DNA of 17,235 nt from Octopus sinensis. Taxonomy: Eukaryota. The position numbers were made by a program, and so were the translations under genes. Under the pieces are notes generated by a model. That model saw only the letters and a program-made list of their open reading frames with translations. It did no database searches and was not told the origin of the DNA. The stretch covers positions 1 to 17,235 of the forward strand of contig NW_021824872.1 of NCBI RefSeq assembly GCF_006345805.1. Direction: 5' to 3'. This document shows, piece after piece, positions 1-10,775 of the stretch (position 1 is its first letter; each line of letters starts with the position of its first letter).

Positions 1-373
1 ACCGAAACACGCTTTCTTTTGCAAACTTGAATCTAAATTGGCAAGAAATATATTTATCAACTATAGCAGTGCTTCTGCTTCTTGTCTGGAAGTTCTATGA
101 TAAAGCTGCACTTTGTCCCTGTGATATTCTAAAGCTTCGCGTTTCTGATAGCATAATCCATCATTGACTCGCAAATAGTGTGATTTTGGCCTATTTTCCT
201 CTTATGGGTATCATTTTAATGTTCGCTAATAATTTCTAATTTCTTGTACAGTCCTATATTGTTCTCTTCGCCGCAATCTCACCTTTTGTGTTAGCAATGC
301 ACACTCATTTTTAATTCTTGATATTTGGAAATACGGTTATACACTCGATTAACACAGCTTCGAATAACACGAC

Positions 374-449
374 ATGTATGTATGTATGTATGTATGTATG
401 TATGTATGTATGTATGTATGTATGTATGTATGTATGTATGTATGCATGC

Positions 450-489
<40 letters not shown>

Positions 490-691
490 ATGTATGTATG
501 TATGTATGTATGTATGTGCGTACGTGCGTATGTATGTATGTATGCATGTATGTATGCATGTATGTATGCATGTATGTATGTATGTATGTGTGTATGTATG
601 TATATATGTATGTATGTTCGCATGTATGTATGTATGCATGAATGTATGCATATATGTATGTATGTTTGTGTGTTTGTGTGTGTGTGTGTGT
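374..691. repeat. Compound (TATG)n/(TG)n microsatellite
   Basis: Tandem TATG and TG units seen directly; source of the spurious MYVC/HTYI ORFs. Confidence 0.97.
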
Positions 692-780
692 ACTCTTTTA
701 TTTATTTCAGTCACTGGACTGCGCCCACGCGGGAGCACTGTCTCGTACGATTTATCAACCTCAGTACTTATTTTCATTCA
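691..780 (-). mobile_element. 3'-end fragment of a SINE-A-related element
   Basis: Reverse complement (ataagtactgaggttgat...gtgctcccgcgtgggcgcagtccagtgactgaaataaataaaagag) resembles the 3' end of the copy at 1001-1365. Confidence 0.7.
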
Positions 781-1000
781 TAAACAAACCAACATCGCTT
801 GTCAAGCGGCCTGTGTGGGTCTGTATGTCTGTGTGTATGTTTGAAGGCAAACACAATGACAGATCATATGCAAACACAAACACACACACACAAACACATA
901 CACTTACACACATACACACGCGCGCACACTTATCCCAACACGAATCCATTTTTCAAAAATTGGAGGTTTTGTTGAAAAGAAAAAAAAAAGATCTCCATTA

Positions 1001-1365
1001 GGCGCAGGAGTGGCTGTGTGGTAAGTAGCTTGCTAACCAACCACATGGCTCCGGGTTCAGTCCCACTGCGTGGCACCTTGGGCAAGTGTCTTCTGCTATA
1101 GCCTCGGGCTGACCAATGCCTTGTGAGTGGATTTGGTAGACGGAAACTGAAAGAAGCTGTCGTATATATGTATATATATATGTGTGTGTGTGTATGTGTT
1201 TGTCCCCCTGGTGTGTTTACGTCCCCGCCACATAGCGTTTCGGCAAAAGAGACCGATAGAATAAGTACTGGGCTTACAAAGAATAAGTCCCGAGGTCGAT
1301 TTGCTCGACTAAAAGGCGGTGCTCCAGCATGGCCGCAGTCAAATGACTGAAACAAGTAAAAAAGA
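1001..1365 (+). mobile_element. tRNA-derived SINE (family A here), full-length
   Basis: tRNA-like head with A-box (tggctgtgtggt) and B-box-like (ggttcagtccc) motifs, internal (TA)/(TG) tract, A-rich tail; about 90% identical by eye to the inverted copy at 16562-16965. Confidence 0.9.
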
Positions 1366-1590
1366 AAAATAAAAAAATTTCCACAAGCAGGCATGCCCTT
1401 GGTCATGATCTAAGGGAGGGAGGCTCCGGCTGCTATTTCAAGTTGCCTCACCCTGTTGTTCTCAGTGAAAATAGGCTGAGAAGTTGTTGTTTATGGTTGA
1501 TAATTTTCTGATTTTATACAATCAGACAGGCACTTCCGGTTAACTTTTAGATTCTATTTCACTGCAATGGTGGGGCAGCAATCGTTGTCG

Positions 1591-1790
1591 TCTTCTTCTT
1601 CTTCTTCTTCTTCTTCTTCTTCTTCTTCTTCTTCTTCTTCTTCTTCTTCTTCTTCTTCTTCTTCTCCTCCTCCTTCTTCAGCATCAAACCACTACCACCA
1701 CCACCACCAAGACCACCACCACTACCACCATCATCATCATCATCACCAGCATCATCATCATTCATTTATCGCCATCATCATCATTTCATT
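1591..1790. repeat. (TCT)n followed by (CCA)/(TCA)n trinucleotide microsatellites
   Basis: Seen directly; explains the poly-S, poly-K and poly-H ORFs. Confidence 0.95.
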
Positions 1791-1792
1791 AT

Positions 1793-2000
1793 TAAGCTGT
1801 CAGAATCGTTACTGCACCGGACAAAAAGTTTATCAGCATTTCGTCCGTCTTTAACGTTTTGAGTTACAAATTCCGCTGTAGTAGACTTTGCCTTCATCCT
1901 TTCGGGGTTGATAAAATAAGTACCAGTTGAGCTCTGGTGTCGAGGTAATGGACTAGCCCCTCCCTCAAAATTTCAGGCCTTGTGCCTTTAGTAGAAGGGA
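1793..2000 (+). mobile_element. SINE family B, diverged copy
   Basis: Aligns with 9225-9440 and 15471-15683 (cagaa.cgtta...caaattccgc...gactttgcct.tcatcctttcgggg.tgataaaataagtaccag...ggccttgtgcc). Confidence 0.85.
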
Positions 2001-2033
2001 TTATTATTATTATCATTGTTACTATTGTAGTAA

Positions 2034-2108
<75 letters not shown>

Positions 2109-2111
2109 TAA

Positions 2112-2172
<61 letters not shown>

Positions 2173-2173
2173 T
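2001..2173. repeat. Compound (TTA)/(TAG)/(TAA)/(TTA) microsatellite
   Basis: Seen directly. Confidence 0.95.
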
Positions 2174-2781
2174 ATGCAGCTCCGTGTGTCTTGTGATGCT
2201 CTTGGTTTTTACTGTATTGAAATGTGTGCGATACCTAGTAGTACTATTTTCTGTATGTTATATATACTTGTTAGGTCTGGTGTTTTTGTTTTGTATTTGC
2301 CTGAATATTCTTTTTATCATACTTAATGCGCCTACTATGATAGGAATTGTTTCTGTTTCTAGACTCCACATTCGAGTTATCTTTATTTCCAGATCTTTGT
2401 ATTTTGAAAGTTTCTCCGTTCTTTTAGAAAAATATTGTCATCTGTTGGTATTGATACATCGATTAGAAAGCGTTTTTTCTTGGTGATCTCTGACAACTAT
2501 ATCCGACCTATTGACCTTAATTTCTCTGTGTGTATTGGCATATCCTAGAATATAGTTGCTTTCTCATTTTCTGTGACCTTTCTTGGGTGTGCCTATACCA
2601 TCTTTTCCTGTTGTTATTCCATAGTGTTGGCATAGCTTCCAGTGTATGTAGGTCCCAACTCTGTCATGTCTGTGAATATATTCCTTCATAGCCAGGACTG
2701 GGCAACCAGAGACAATTTGATTTATTGTTTCTTTTTCTATCTCCACATATTCTGCGGTTGCCTGTATTTCTTTTCATTACG
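2174..2781 (-). mobile_element. 5'-truncated, decayed R4/Dong-clade non-LTR retrotransposon (C-terminal zinc knuckle, restriction-like endonuclease, 3' end)
   Basis: Minus-strand translation across frameshifts: RICGD..ETINQIVSGCPVLAMKEYIHRHDRVGTYIHWKLC ... NRSDIVVRD..FLIDVSIPTDDN..EKLSKYKDLEIKITRMWSLETETIPIIVGAL..IQKIVLLGIAHI, the CCHC plus PD-(D/E)xK RLE layout of R4/Dong ORFs. One stop codon and several frameshifts. Confidence 0.85.
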
Positions 2782-2791
2782 TTTTTTTTTT

Positions 2792-3960
2792 CGGAACTGA
2801 AGTCTCTGCATAGGGTAGGAGCAGTCTGTTGGGATTAGCGGAACTTTCGGAATGAAAACGGTATCGTTTTTGCCGTGTCCCGTGATAATTTGGGCTTCAA
2901 TGACGCAGTTCATCATTCGTTTGACCTCAAGGTGAGTTCCATTGCATAGTGTGGGTGCGTTTAGATTGCATAGGAGGATGACAGGGCAACCGAATGGGGA
3001 GGGAGTCCTGGAGGATCTTGAGAGTCGAGAAATTATGTAACCTGATCGAGGTCGGTAACGGTGTCAACTGATCTGTAACAACGTTGTTAAGAAGGTAGCT
3101 GACTGAGTAAGTCGTAGTTAAGAGTGTTGACAGCTGCATTTGTAGGTGCAAGAACAACCCTGTCACGAGGCCAATCCGGTTGTATGTATTCCGTTGTAAG
3201 ATTAGGGTAAACGGCAGAACATAAGTCATTAGGCTGGAGACAGTGTAACCAATTGTGGTAGTGTCAATGTATCCGTTGTCGTCGGACGTAATTTGCCCAT
3301 TGCTGATTTTAAGGAGCATTTCCAAAAACTGGGTTGTAGGCTGACCAGTCTGTAGGAGTGATCTCATGTTGATGGCGAGTTGTTTCGATTGGACACGTGA
3401 CCAAAGGAGGGTTTTTTTTAAGGCAAGCATTAGGTTCATCAGTTGTTTTTGTTTGGCTATAATAGGCAGTTTGTCGAAACTTTCCGTCCAAGGATGTTGT
3501 TGTTCGATCTAAGGTCTCTCATTGTGGTATCAAATGTTTGTAGGGAACATTTATGGGACATAGTTGCTTCACCCCAGACAATGTTTGCACTTATTTTCAA
3601 AATTGTCGCTTAGTCCGAGGAATGCATTATGTGGCACGTTGGGCTTTCTTGATGTGCTACATTGAAAGGCAATTTGAAGGCAGAGTCTGTTGTTCGTCCG
3701 CCTTCGAGAAGAGTCGAGGCTATTCCTGAGGAGGCAACACTTTCAGGTCATACCCAGGTCAATGTTCTTACATATGAGGCAACGTTGAAAAGTTTCTGGC
3801 TTTCGGTAAAAGAAAATACAGGTAGATCAGTTAATTATGATTTTATTCAACATATTCTCCTCTCAGATTCACTCACTTTTTGCGGCGGTCCTTCAATTTT
3901 TCTCATCCCTGTAAATGCACTCGGAAGGTTGGGCATCCACCCTGGCCTTTCTCGATACCC
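2792..3960 (-). mobile_element. Helitron PIF1-like helicase remnant (pseudogenised)
   Basis: Minus-strand motifs across frameshifts: SVASSGIASTLLEGGRTTDSAFKLP (Ia), VWGEATMSHK (Walker B region), FRQ.LPII, QLAINMR, GCPVILLCNLNAPTLCNGTHLEVK..VIEAQIITGHGKNDTVFIPKVPLIP..PMQRLQF. No intact Walker A found. The 5' boundary near 3960 is approximate. Confidence 0.85.
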
Positions 3961-4284
3961 TTAATGCCAGCAAATTTTCAACACTCCCTCGTATATACAT
4001 ACACGCTGACATTTTTACTAAGAAACAATAAAGTTTAATAACGTGGTCAATAGTTAAATTTATTTCCTAATATTAACTATATACACCCGGTAACATTTGA
4101 GCATATTATGTTACTAAGTACCTATGAGTGTGAGTATATATTCCTGGGTGTATACACATATACACCCTTCTTTCCTGCGTTGATACACACAAACATATAT
4201 CGTGGCACTATGTAACCGTGCATGTGTATATACATGTCTGCACATAAACGCACACCTACAGCCTCTACATTCCACGCCCTACAC

Positions 4285-4287
<3 letters not shown>

Positions 4288-4334
<47 letters not shown>
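4288..4334. repeat. (CA)n microsatellite
   Basis: Seen directly. Confidence 0.97.
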
Positions 4335-4337
<3 letters not shown>

Positions 4338-4510
4338 TGCACACATACATCTGTCTACAAACATATAACTTCCATATGGCAATGGCCGTTTCTCACCAGT
4401 TTTTCTTTTTTTCTTTCTGTCTTTCTTTTGTTCTCTTTCTTTTGTTCTCTTTCTTTTTATTCATTCTTTCTTTAAAGTTTATCTTTCTTCATTTCTTTCA
4501 TCCTTTCGCG

Positions 4511-4612
4511 TTCTCTCTCTCTCTCTCTCTGTTTTTTCTCTCTCTCTCTCTCTCTCTCTGTTTTCTCTCTCTCTCTCTCTCTCTCTCTGTTTTTCTCTCT
4601 CTCTCTTTCTCT
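4511..4612. repeat. (CT)n microsatellite with higher-order unit [(CT)n-GTTTT] x3
   Basis: ctgtttt interrupts the CT tract three times. Confidence 0.9.
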
Positions 4613-4743
4613 CCCTATGTTTCTTTCGATTTCACTGATAGTATGATATTCACATTCACATGTGTGCTAGCACACACACTAACAAATGCATAGGCACACA
4701 CACACGCGCGCGCATACAGCAAAGCACATACTCACACATGTAC

Positions 4744-5460
<717 letters not shown>

Positions 5461-6177
5461 TCCAAGTGTCTGGTATATTTATGTTTAAGTGTTGGAGTGT
5501 ATACACGTGTCTCTGCGAATGTATATCTGTCTCCGTTTCTCTCTGTGTCTCTGTATATACATGTGTCCATACGTAATTGTATTTTCGTTCTGTTTCTTTT
5601 TTCTTCACTCGTTTTCCTCTTAAATTCTTTTTTTTTGTTTCCCCACTTCTCCACCCCTTGCTGTTTTGTATACCTGTTTTATATTTATACCACGAAAATA
5701 AAGTTAGAAATATATATAAAAAAAATGAAAAAAAATGAACCACAAAAATCTCAAAAATAATTGCCATTTCCCATCTCAGCTTAGTTTGTTTAGAAAATCA
5801 TTCACCAACGCCACGAAAATCGCCTGCAGTCTACGTTTGACTAAAATATGATGCAGTATATTTCTTTCTCTGCAATATGATAGCAGGAATCAGCTCGGTG
5901 TCAAGAGTTTTCATGACAAGAAATTCATTTGTAAGAGCGGTAGCAAACATTTAGTCGACATTCTTTCCCGCTTTTCTTTTCTTTTTGTAAATTTATTATT
6001 TATTAAAGCAGCCACGCAACAGGCTTGAGAGGAACATTGCTCTATAGTGCTGACATCTGGTGACATCTGGCGGGACCTCCAGTAAACATTTGTTATGCTG
6101 TAAATTCACTTCGAGAAAATAAATATCGCCACCTCCCTTACACACCTACATACCTACCCATCTTATTTTGAAAAACA

Positions 6178-6240
6178 TCTCCAGTATGGCCGCAGTCAAA
6201 TGACTGAAATAAATAAAAGAGTAAAAGAATAAAAAATAAA
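6178..6240 (+). mobile_element. SINE-A 3'-terminal fragment
   Basis: ccagtatggccgcagtcaaatgactgaaataaataaaagag matches 1325-1365. Confidence 0.8.
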
Positions 6241-6244
6241 GCAA

Positions 6245-6470
<226 letters not shown>

Positions 6471-6471
<1 letters not shown>

Positions 6472-6660
6472 TATTAAAATCTGTTCTGTCTGTCTGTGTG
6501 TGTGTATCTTCTATGATCTCGGGCATCCTCCATCCGATTGCGCTCAAATTTGATATGTAGATACTGACAGTATCAGGGCGTGTATAAATCTTGACAAAAT
6601 TGCAAAAATCGATTCCAGGTGAGAATGCGATCGATAAAGTGAATAAAATCGTTTTTCTTT
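6471..6660 (+). mobile_element. Probable non-autonomous Helitron/Helentron (DINE-1/Lep1-like) 5' portion
   Basis: attaaaa...(gtct)n...atctcgggcatcctccatccgattgcgctcaaatttgatatg resembles the (GTCT)n plus ccgatt....aaattt layout of such elements; recognised from memory only. Confidence 0.4.
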
Positions 6661-6840
6661 GGAGTATCTTTATAAGTCTATCTTTATTTCTTCTTTTGCT
6701 GGTGTCTCAAATTTAGGTTAAATCAGTGTTTCTCAAAGGGGAGGCCTATGGGAAGGTCGGACAAGTTATTTTGAGAAAGTTTTGTTTAAATGTTTGACAA
6801 CTCAACACCGTCCATTGGACGGGGGGGGGGCGTTTTGCTC

Positions 6841-6841
<1 letters not shown>

Positions 6842-6917
<76 letters not shown>

Positions 6918-6952
6918 TGTCTGTCTGTCTGTCTGTGTGTATATATATATAT
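6842..6952. repeat. (TA)n(TG)n(TCTG)n microsatellite
   Basis: Seen directly. Confidence 0.95.
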
Positions 6953-7164
6953 GAAGGCATATTCACCACATGTAGATTTCTCAAACTTTGTGGGACGATA
7001 TTGAAGGGTTGTGGGACCTTGAAAACCAAACTGTTGCATTGTTTGGTCCTGTATCTTGATGGAGATGTTGGGATATTTGGTACTATGCCTTGGCACTCTG
7101 TTCTGCTGTTGTGTAACTGTCAATGCCAAAGTTTGGTGCAAGTCCGGTTAAGGTTTTCCAGATG

Positions 7165-7955
7165 TATACCATTGATCAATACTTATCCAGATTGTTGCCA
7201 TAGTAACGAAGCTAAAGCACGCAGAGTGAAGCCGCTTGGCAAAGATTGACCTTGATCTCTGCTGAGCATGCGCACTCAGTCTTAACGTTCTACCGCACTT
7301 CCGCTGTTTACAGCAGTGCTTGGAATGAACGTGTGTTGCGTGTGATCGTCGCATTCACCATCACAGAGTATATAAAAGCCTACACAGAGATGAAGAAAGT
7401 GTATGGAGAGGAGTGTATGAACCGCACACAAGTGTACAAGTGGTTCAGGCGTTTCCAAGATGGCAGAGAAAATGTCTATAGTGATGAACGTTCTGGGAGA
7501 CCCACAACCAGCAGGTGTGAGAGGTTATCAGTCCATTATCACTGAAGATTTGTGTATGAGACACATATCTGCCAAGTTTGTGCCAAAACTGCTTTCAGCT
7601 GACCAAAATGACACTCAGGTTTCAGTTGGACAAGATCTCCTTGTTTGTGTCGAGAAAGATGAAAACCTCTTGAAAAATTTTGCGTAGGATTCTGAGCAGG
7701 TATCGCCAAGCGTTTGGCAAAATTGATGCAGATTCTCTGATCGACTTCCTCTGTCATGTTCAATGCGACGATCACATACTACACACGTTCCTTCCAAGCA
7801 CTGCTGTAAACAGTGGAAGTGAGCTAGAACGTTAAAACTTAGCGCGCAAGCACAGCAAAATTCAAAGTCAGTCTGTGCCAAGCATCTTCACTCTGCATGA
7901 TTTAGCTTCGTTACTATGGCAACAGTCCGGATACTTAATGATTAGACCACGTATA
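7165..7955. mobile_element. Mariner-family non-autonomous derivative with ~200-bp inverted repeats (two 5' ends)
   Basis: 7165-7370 is the imperfect reverse complement of 7750-7955, with TA at both ends. The interior + strand encodes AYTEMKKVYGEECMNRTQVYKWFRRFQDGRENVYSDERSGRP and IITEDLCMRHISAKFVPKLLSADQ (mariner HTH and linker). The minus strand at 7684-7757 encodes the N-terminus MTEEVDQRICINFCQTLGDTCSESYAK. No DDD catalytic domain. Confidence 0.88.
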
Positions 7956-7965
7956 TATATATATA

Positions 7966-8230
7966 TTGTTGTGTTTAGGAATGGTCATTTTGCCAGTTTA
8001 GCCAATAAAAACACACGCACTATATATTTGGTGTTACTTTGTTTCAGCGTAATTTATTTTTTACATTAATCTTAATCTTATTTCGGCCAGAGTTCATTCG
8101 TCACACTCCTGTGACCGCATCAGTGGTCCTTCGCTTTCTTCTTTCTTATTTGTGTGTCTCTCCTTACTAACCGTCAGCCATTTTGTATTTCTATTGTATG
8201 TGTCTTCATTTGCGCATGCATATATCGCTA
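7966..8230 (-). mobile_element. Probable Penelope-like element terminal (pLTR) fragment carrying a hammerhead-like motif
   Basis: Minus strand 8081-8123 reads ctgatgc-ggtca...tggcc-gaaa; abuts a (TA)n tract. The family assignment is inference, and the boundaries are approximate. Confidence 0.4.
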
Positions 8231-8365
8231 TGTGCGTCTATGTTTAGTTAGTGTGTGTGTGGGGGGGGATGCCTGTAATATTTGTATCTCCTGTTTATAT
8301 ACGTTCGTGTAATTTGTTTTTGTTTTTGTTTATTCTTATTTTGTTCATGTGTTTACACTCACTCA

Positions 8366-8377
8366 TTATTATTATTA

Positions 8378-8449
<72 letters not shown>

Positions 8450-8571
8450 GTATGTATGTATGTATGCATAACAATAATAATAGTAATAATGATAAAACAA
8501 AAATTTAAAAAAATAAATATATATATATATACAGGCTGTAGTCGGTCAGGGTTTATAATAGAGGTGTCTGT

Positions 8572-8630
<59 letters not shown>

Positions 8631-8645
8631 TATATATATATATAA
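8366..8645. repeat. (TTA)n/(TATG)n and (TA)n microsatellites
   Basis: Seen directly; two tracts at about 8366-8470 and 8515-8645. Confidence 0.93.
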
Positions 8646-9154
8646 AAGTATGTATACATGTATATTGTACACTTTCCTGTATGTGAGTGCGTGTGCGTGT
8701 GTACTTCATCAAATTTACTGAAGTGGTTAATTTCGGTTGGAAAATCCCTCTTAACTATCTTGACTTATTTAGCAGTTTGATTCCTAGTCATACAGGAAAG
8801 TAGGTCATTTCCATTAGTACAACCCTCTTATTCACTCTGCCCGTCACTCTTTCTTTCCTGTCGCTCCTCTTATTAGCGTCATCAAAACCTTATTACATTA
8901 TTTAATTACGTCACTCATTGACTCACTCGTTCTAGTTTGAAACCCTCGCAGATATCATCTCTAATCTGTTACATCTCCTATCTTAATCAAATGTATACCA
9001 GTAATATACTGAGGCTTGGTTCTATGATTACACCTGTCCGTTACAAATTCGTGTTCACGTGCCAGTATCAGGAATCTTGCTTTTTACCCTTCCGGGGTCC
9101 ATAATAGGAGCGCTATACAAGTAATGGGATTGTTTTAATCAATTATATAGTCTC

Positions 9155-9182
9155 CGTCTGTCTGTCTGTCTGTCTGTCTCCC

Positions 9183-9222
<40 letters not shown>
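9155..9222. repeat. (TCTG)n/(TC)n microsatellite
   Basis: Seen directly. Confidence 0.93.
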
Positions 9223-9223
<1 letters not shown>

Positions 9224-9224
9224 T

Positions 9225-9440
9225 AAGGTAGTGAACTGGCAGAAACGTTATCATGCCAGGCAAAACGCTTAACGGCATTTTGTCCATCTTCACGTTCCGT
9301 GTTCAAATTCCGCCGAGGTCGACTTTGCCTTTTATCCTTTTCGGGTTGATAAAATAAGTACCAGTTACGCACTGGGGTCGATGTAATCGACCAACCCTCT
9401 CCCCCGAAATTGCTGACCTTGTGCTAAAATTTGAAATCAA
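9225..9440 (+). mobile_element. SINE family B copy
   Basis: aaggtagtgaactggcagaaacgtta...gttcaaattccgccgaggtcgactttgcc...ataaaataagtaccag...aaaatttgaaatc; homologous to 1793-2000 and 15471-15683. Confidence 0.88.
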
Positions 9441-9609
9441 TTATACAGTCTTGGGCTTATGCTTTTGTTAGAAATTATAATTATTATAAAATGTTAATTG
9501 CGTATTTGTTTTTAATTTCAAGTGTTTTTCTTCTTTTTCTTTTTTTGTCTCTGGTTACTGGACTACTTCTTACTGTTGGTGTTATTGATGTTGGCGTTTT
9601 TTACTGAAG

Positions 9610-10135
9610 CCTGTCGGCTGTGACCATGAATTGAACTCTGAAAAGCAGCTAGACCAGTGCGGTGTATGTGGAGGCAACAACAGCTGTATCACGTCGACGC
9701 CACTCTCCACAGACGGCGACCAAGTTACTGATACTGATGTAATAAACCGAAAACTGTCGGACGTCAAAGACCGGAAGTCATCCGAGAAACCTTTCGACGG
9801 CAGCCATCTTAAGAGCGACGAAAACAACGATCAACGTCAACAATACCAGCAACAGCAGCGCCACCATCATCACAGAGAGCAAGAGTCACAGGAGCAACAA
9901 CGACAACAGCAACAACAACAACAGCAGCAACAACAGGAAAAGCAGCAGCAACTGAAGCAGCAGCAACAACAGGAGCTGCAGCAAAAGCTACAACAGCAAC
10001 AGGATGAAGAAATTGTAGATGGTGATAGCCAACTGGTAAAGATGCAAATGAAGAGATGGAGGAAGAAAAAGAAAGACAAAGAATTATATCGATGGGAAGT
10101 GAAATACGGAGAGTGTTCTGTCACCTGTTCTTTAG
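9610..10135 (+). CDS. Internal exon of an ADAMTS-like protein (punctin/MADD-4/ADAMTSL1-3-like): end of Cys-rich module, poly-Gln linker, start of a TSP1 repeat
   Basis: Acceptor gcgttttttactgaAG|cct, then PVGCDHELNSEKQLDQCGVCGGNNSC (ADAMTS motif VGCD.L.S....D.CGVCGG..S.C), an open frame of 175 codons plus 1 nt, and YRWEVKYGECSVTCSLG|gtaac (TSP1 W..CS.TC..G) with a phase-1 GT donor at 10136. An in-frame stop just upstream supports the 9610 acceptor. A protease-type ADAMTS or papilin cannot be excluded from one exon. Confidence 0.85.
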
Positions 10136-10218
10136 GTAACCCTTTCTTATACCTACTTGTCTATATATTGTTGTTGCTATTGTTGTCGTTGTTGTTGTTG
10201 TTATGTTATTATTATTAT

Positions 10219-10668
10219 TGAGTGAGAGAGCAGTGCATGCCATCAAAGTGACGCGGGTAAAATATACGAAGCCCAATATACCCATCATGACTACCCGTCT
10301 GATAAGGGCACACCAGGCACATGCATCACAACCATATGTGCACGACATGGTGATCTCATATCAAGATAAACAGCGCATGACCTTTCAGGTGGGGCTTAGT
10401 TAGAATTTTCTTCAGGTCGAATAGCACATCACGCTCAAAAGATCCTTGAATAAGGGTTGTTTAAATATATTGAACAAAACGTCCCAAACGTGAATCATCC
10501 AAACCCCAAAGTATTCCTCTCAACACATGGCTATGATGCTCCCCCACTACTTCTTGTGATCAGAAATACACATATCGTCAGCCATTAAGGGACATGATCA
10601 ACTGGTTAAGGTCAAACAACTGACAAGCAAATCTGTGGTATTGAGCTGAATATTTGCTGTAGCCTATC
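10219..10668. mobile_element. Unclassified ~450-bp interspersed repeat, probably SINE-like, between TTA/TTG microsatellites
   Basis: Non-coding block sharply bounded by (TTG/TTA)n at 10170-10218 and (TTA)n at 10669-10760. It resembles a repeat I recall from octopus sequence; only one copy here. Confidence 0.45.
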
Positions 10669-10760
10669 TTATTATTATTATTATTATATTATTATTATTA
10701 TTATTATCATCATCATTATTATTGTTGTTGTTGTTGTTGTTGTTGCAGTTGTTATTATTT
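10669..10760. repeat. (TTA)n/(TCA)n/(TTG)n microsatellite
   Basis: Seen directly. Confidence 0.95.
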
Positions 10761-10775
10761 TCATATACACACAAA

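Noticed and set aside
1-290. Possible further exon of the ADAMTS-like gene (also checked 5760-6170, 8720-9150, 14040-14120 and 16090-16330)
   Set aside because: No open frame with Cys-rich or TSP1 motifs and matching splice phase; short exons could have been missed.
291-844. Long ORFs such as [22 protein letters not shown], poly-K, poly-D and poly-L here and throughout the track
   Set aside because: Translations of stop-free microsatellites; no splice or domain support.
1001-1080. tRNA gene
   Set aside because: A/B boxes are present, but it is the head of a repeated SINE with no complete cloverleaf.
6724-6741. hAT/Charlie-like terminal sequence cagtgtttctcaaa
   Set aside because: No matching opposite end or 8-bp target duplication found.
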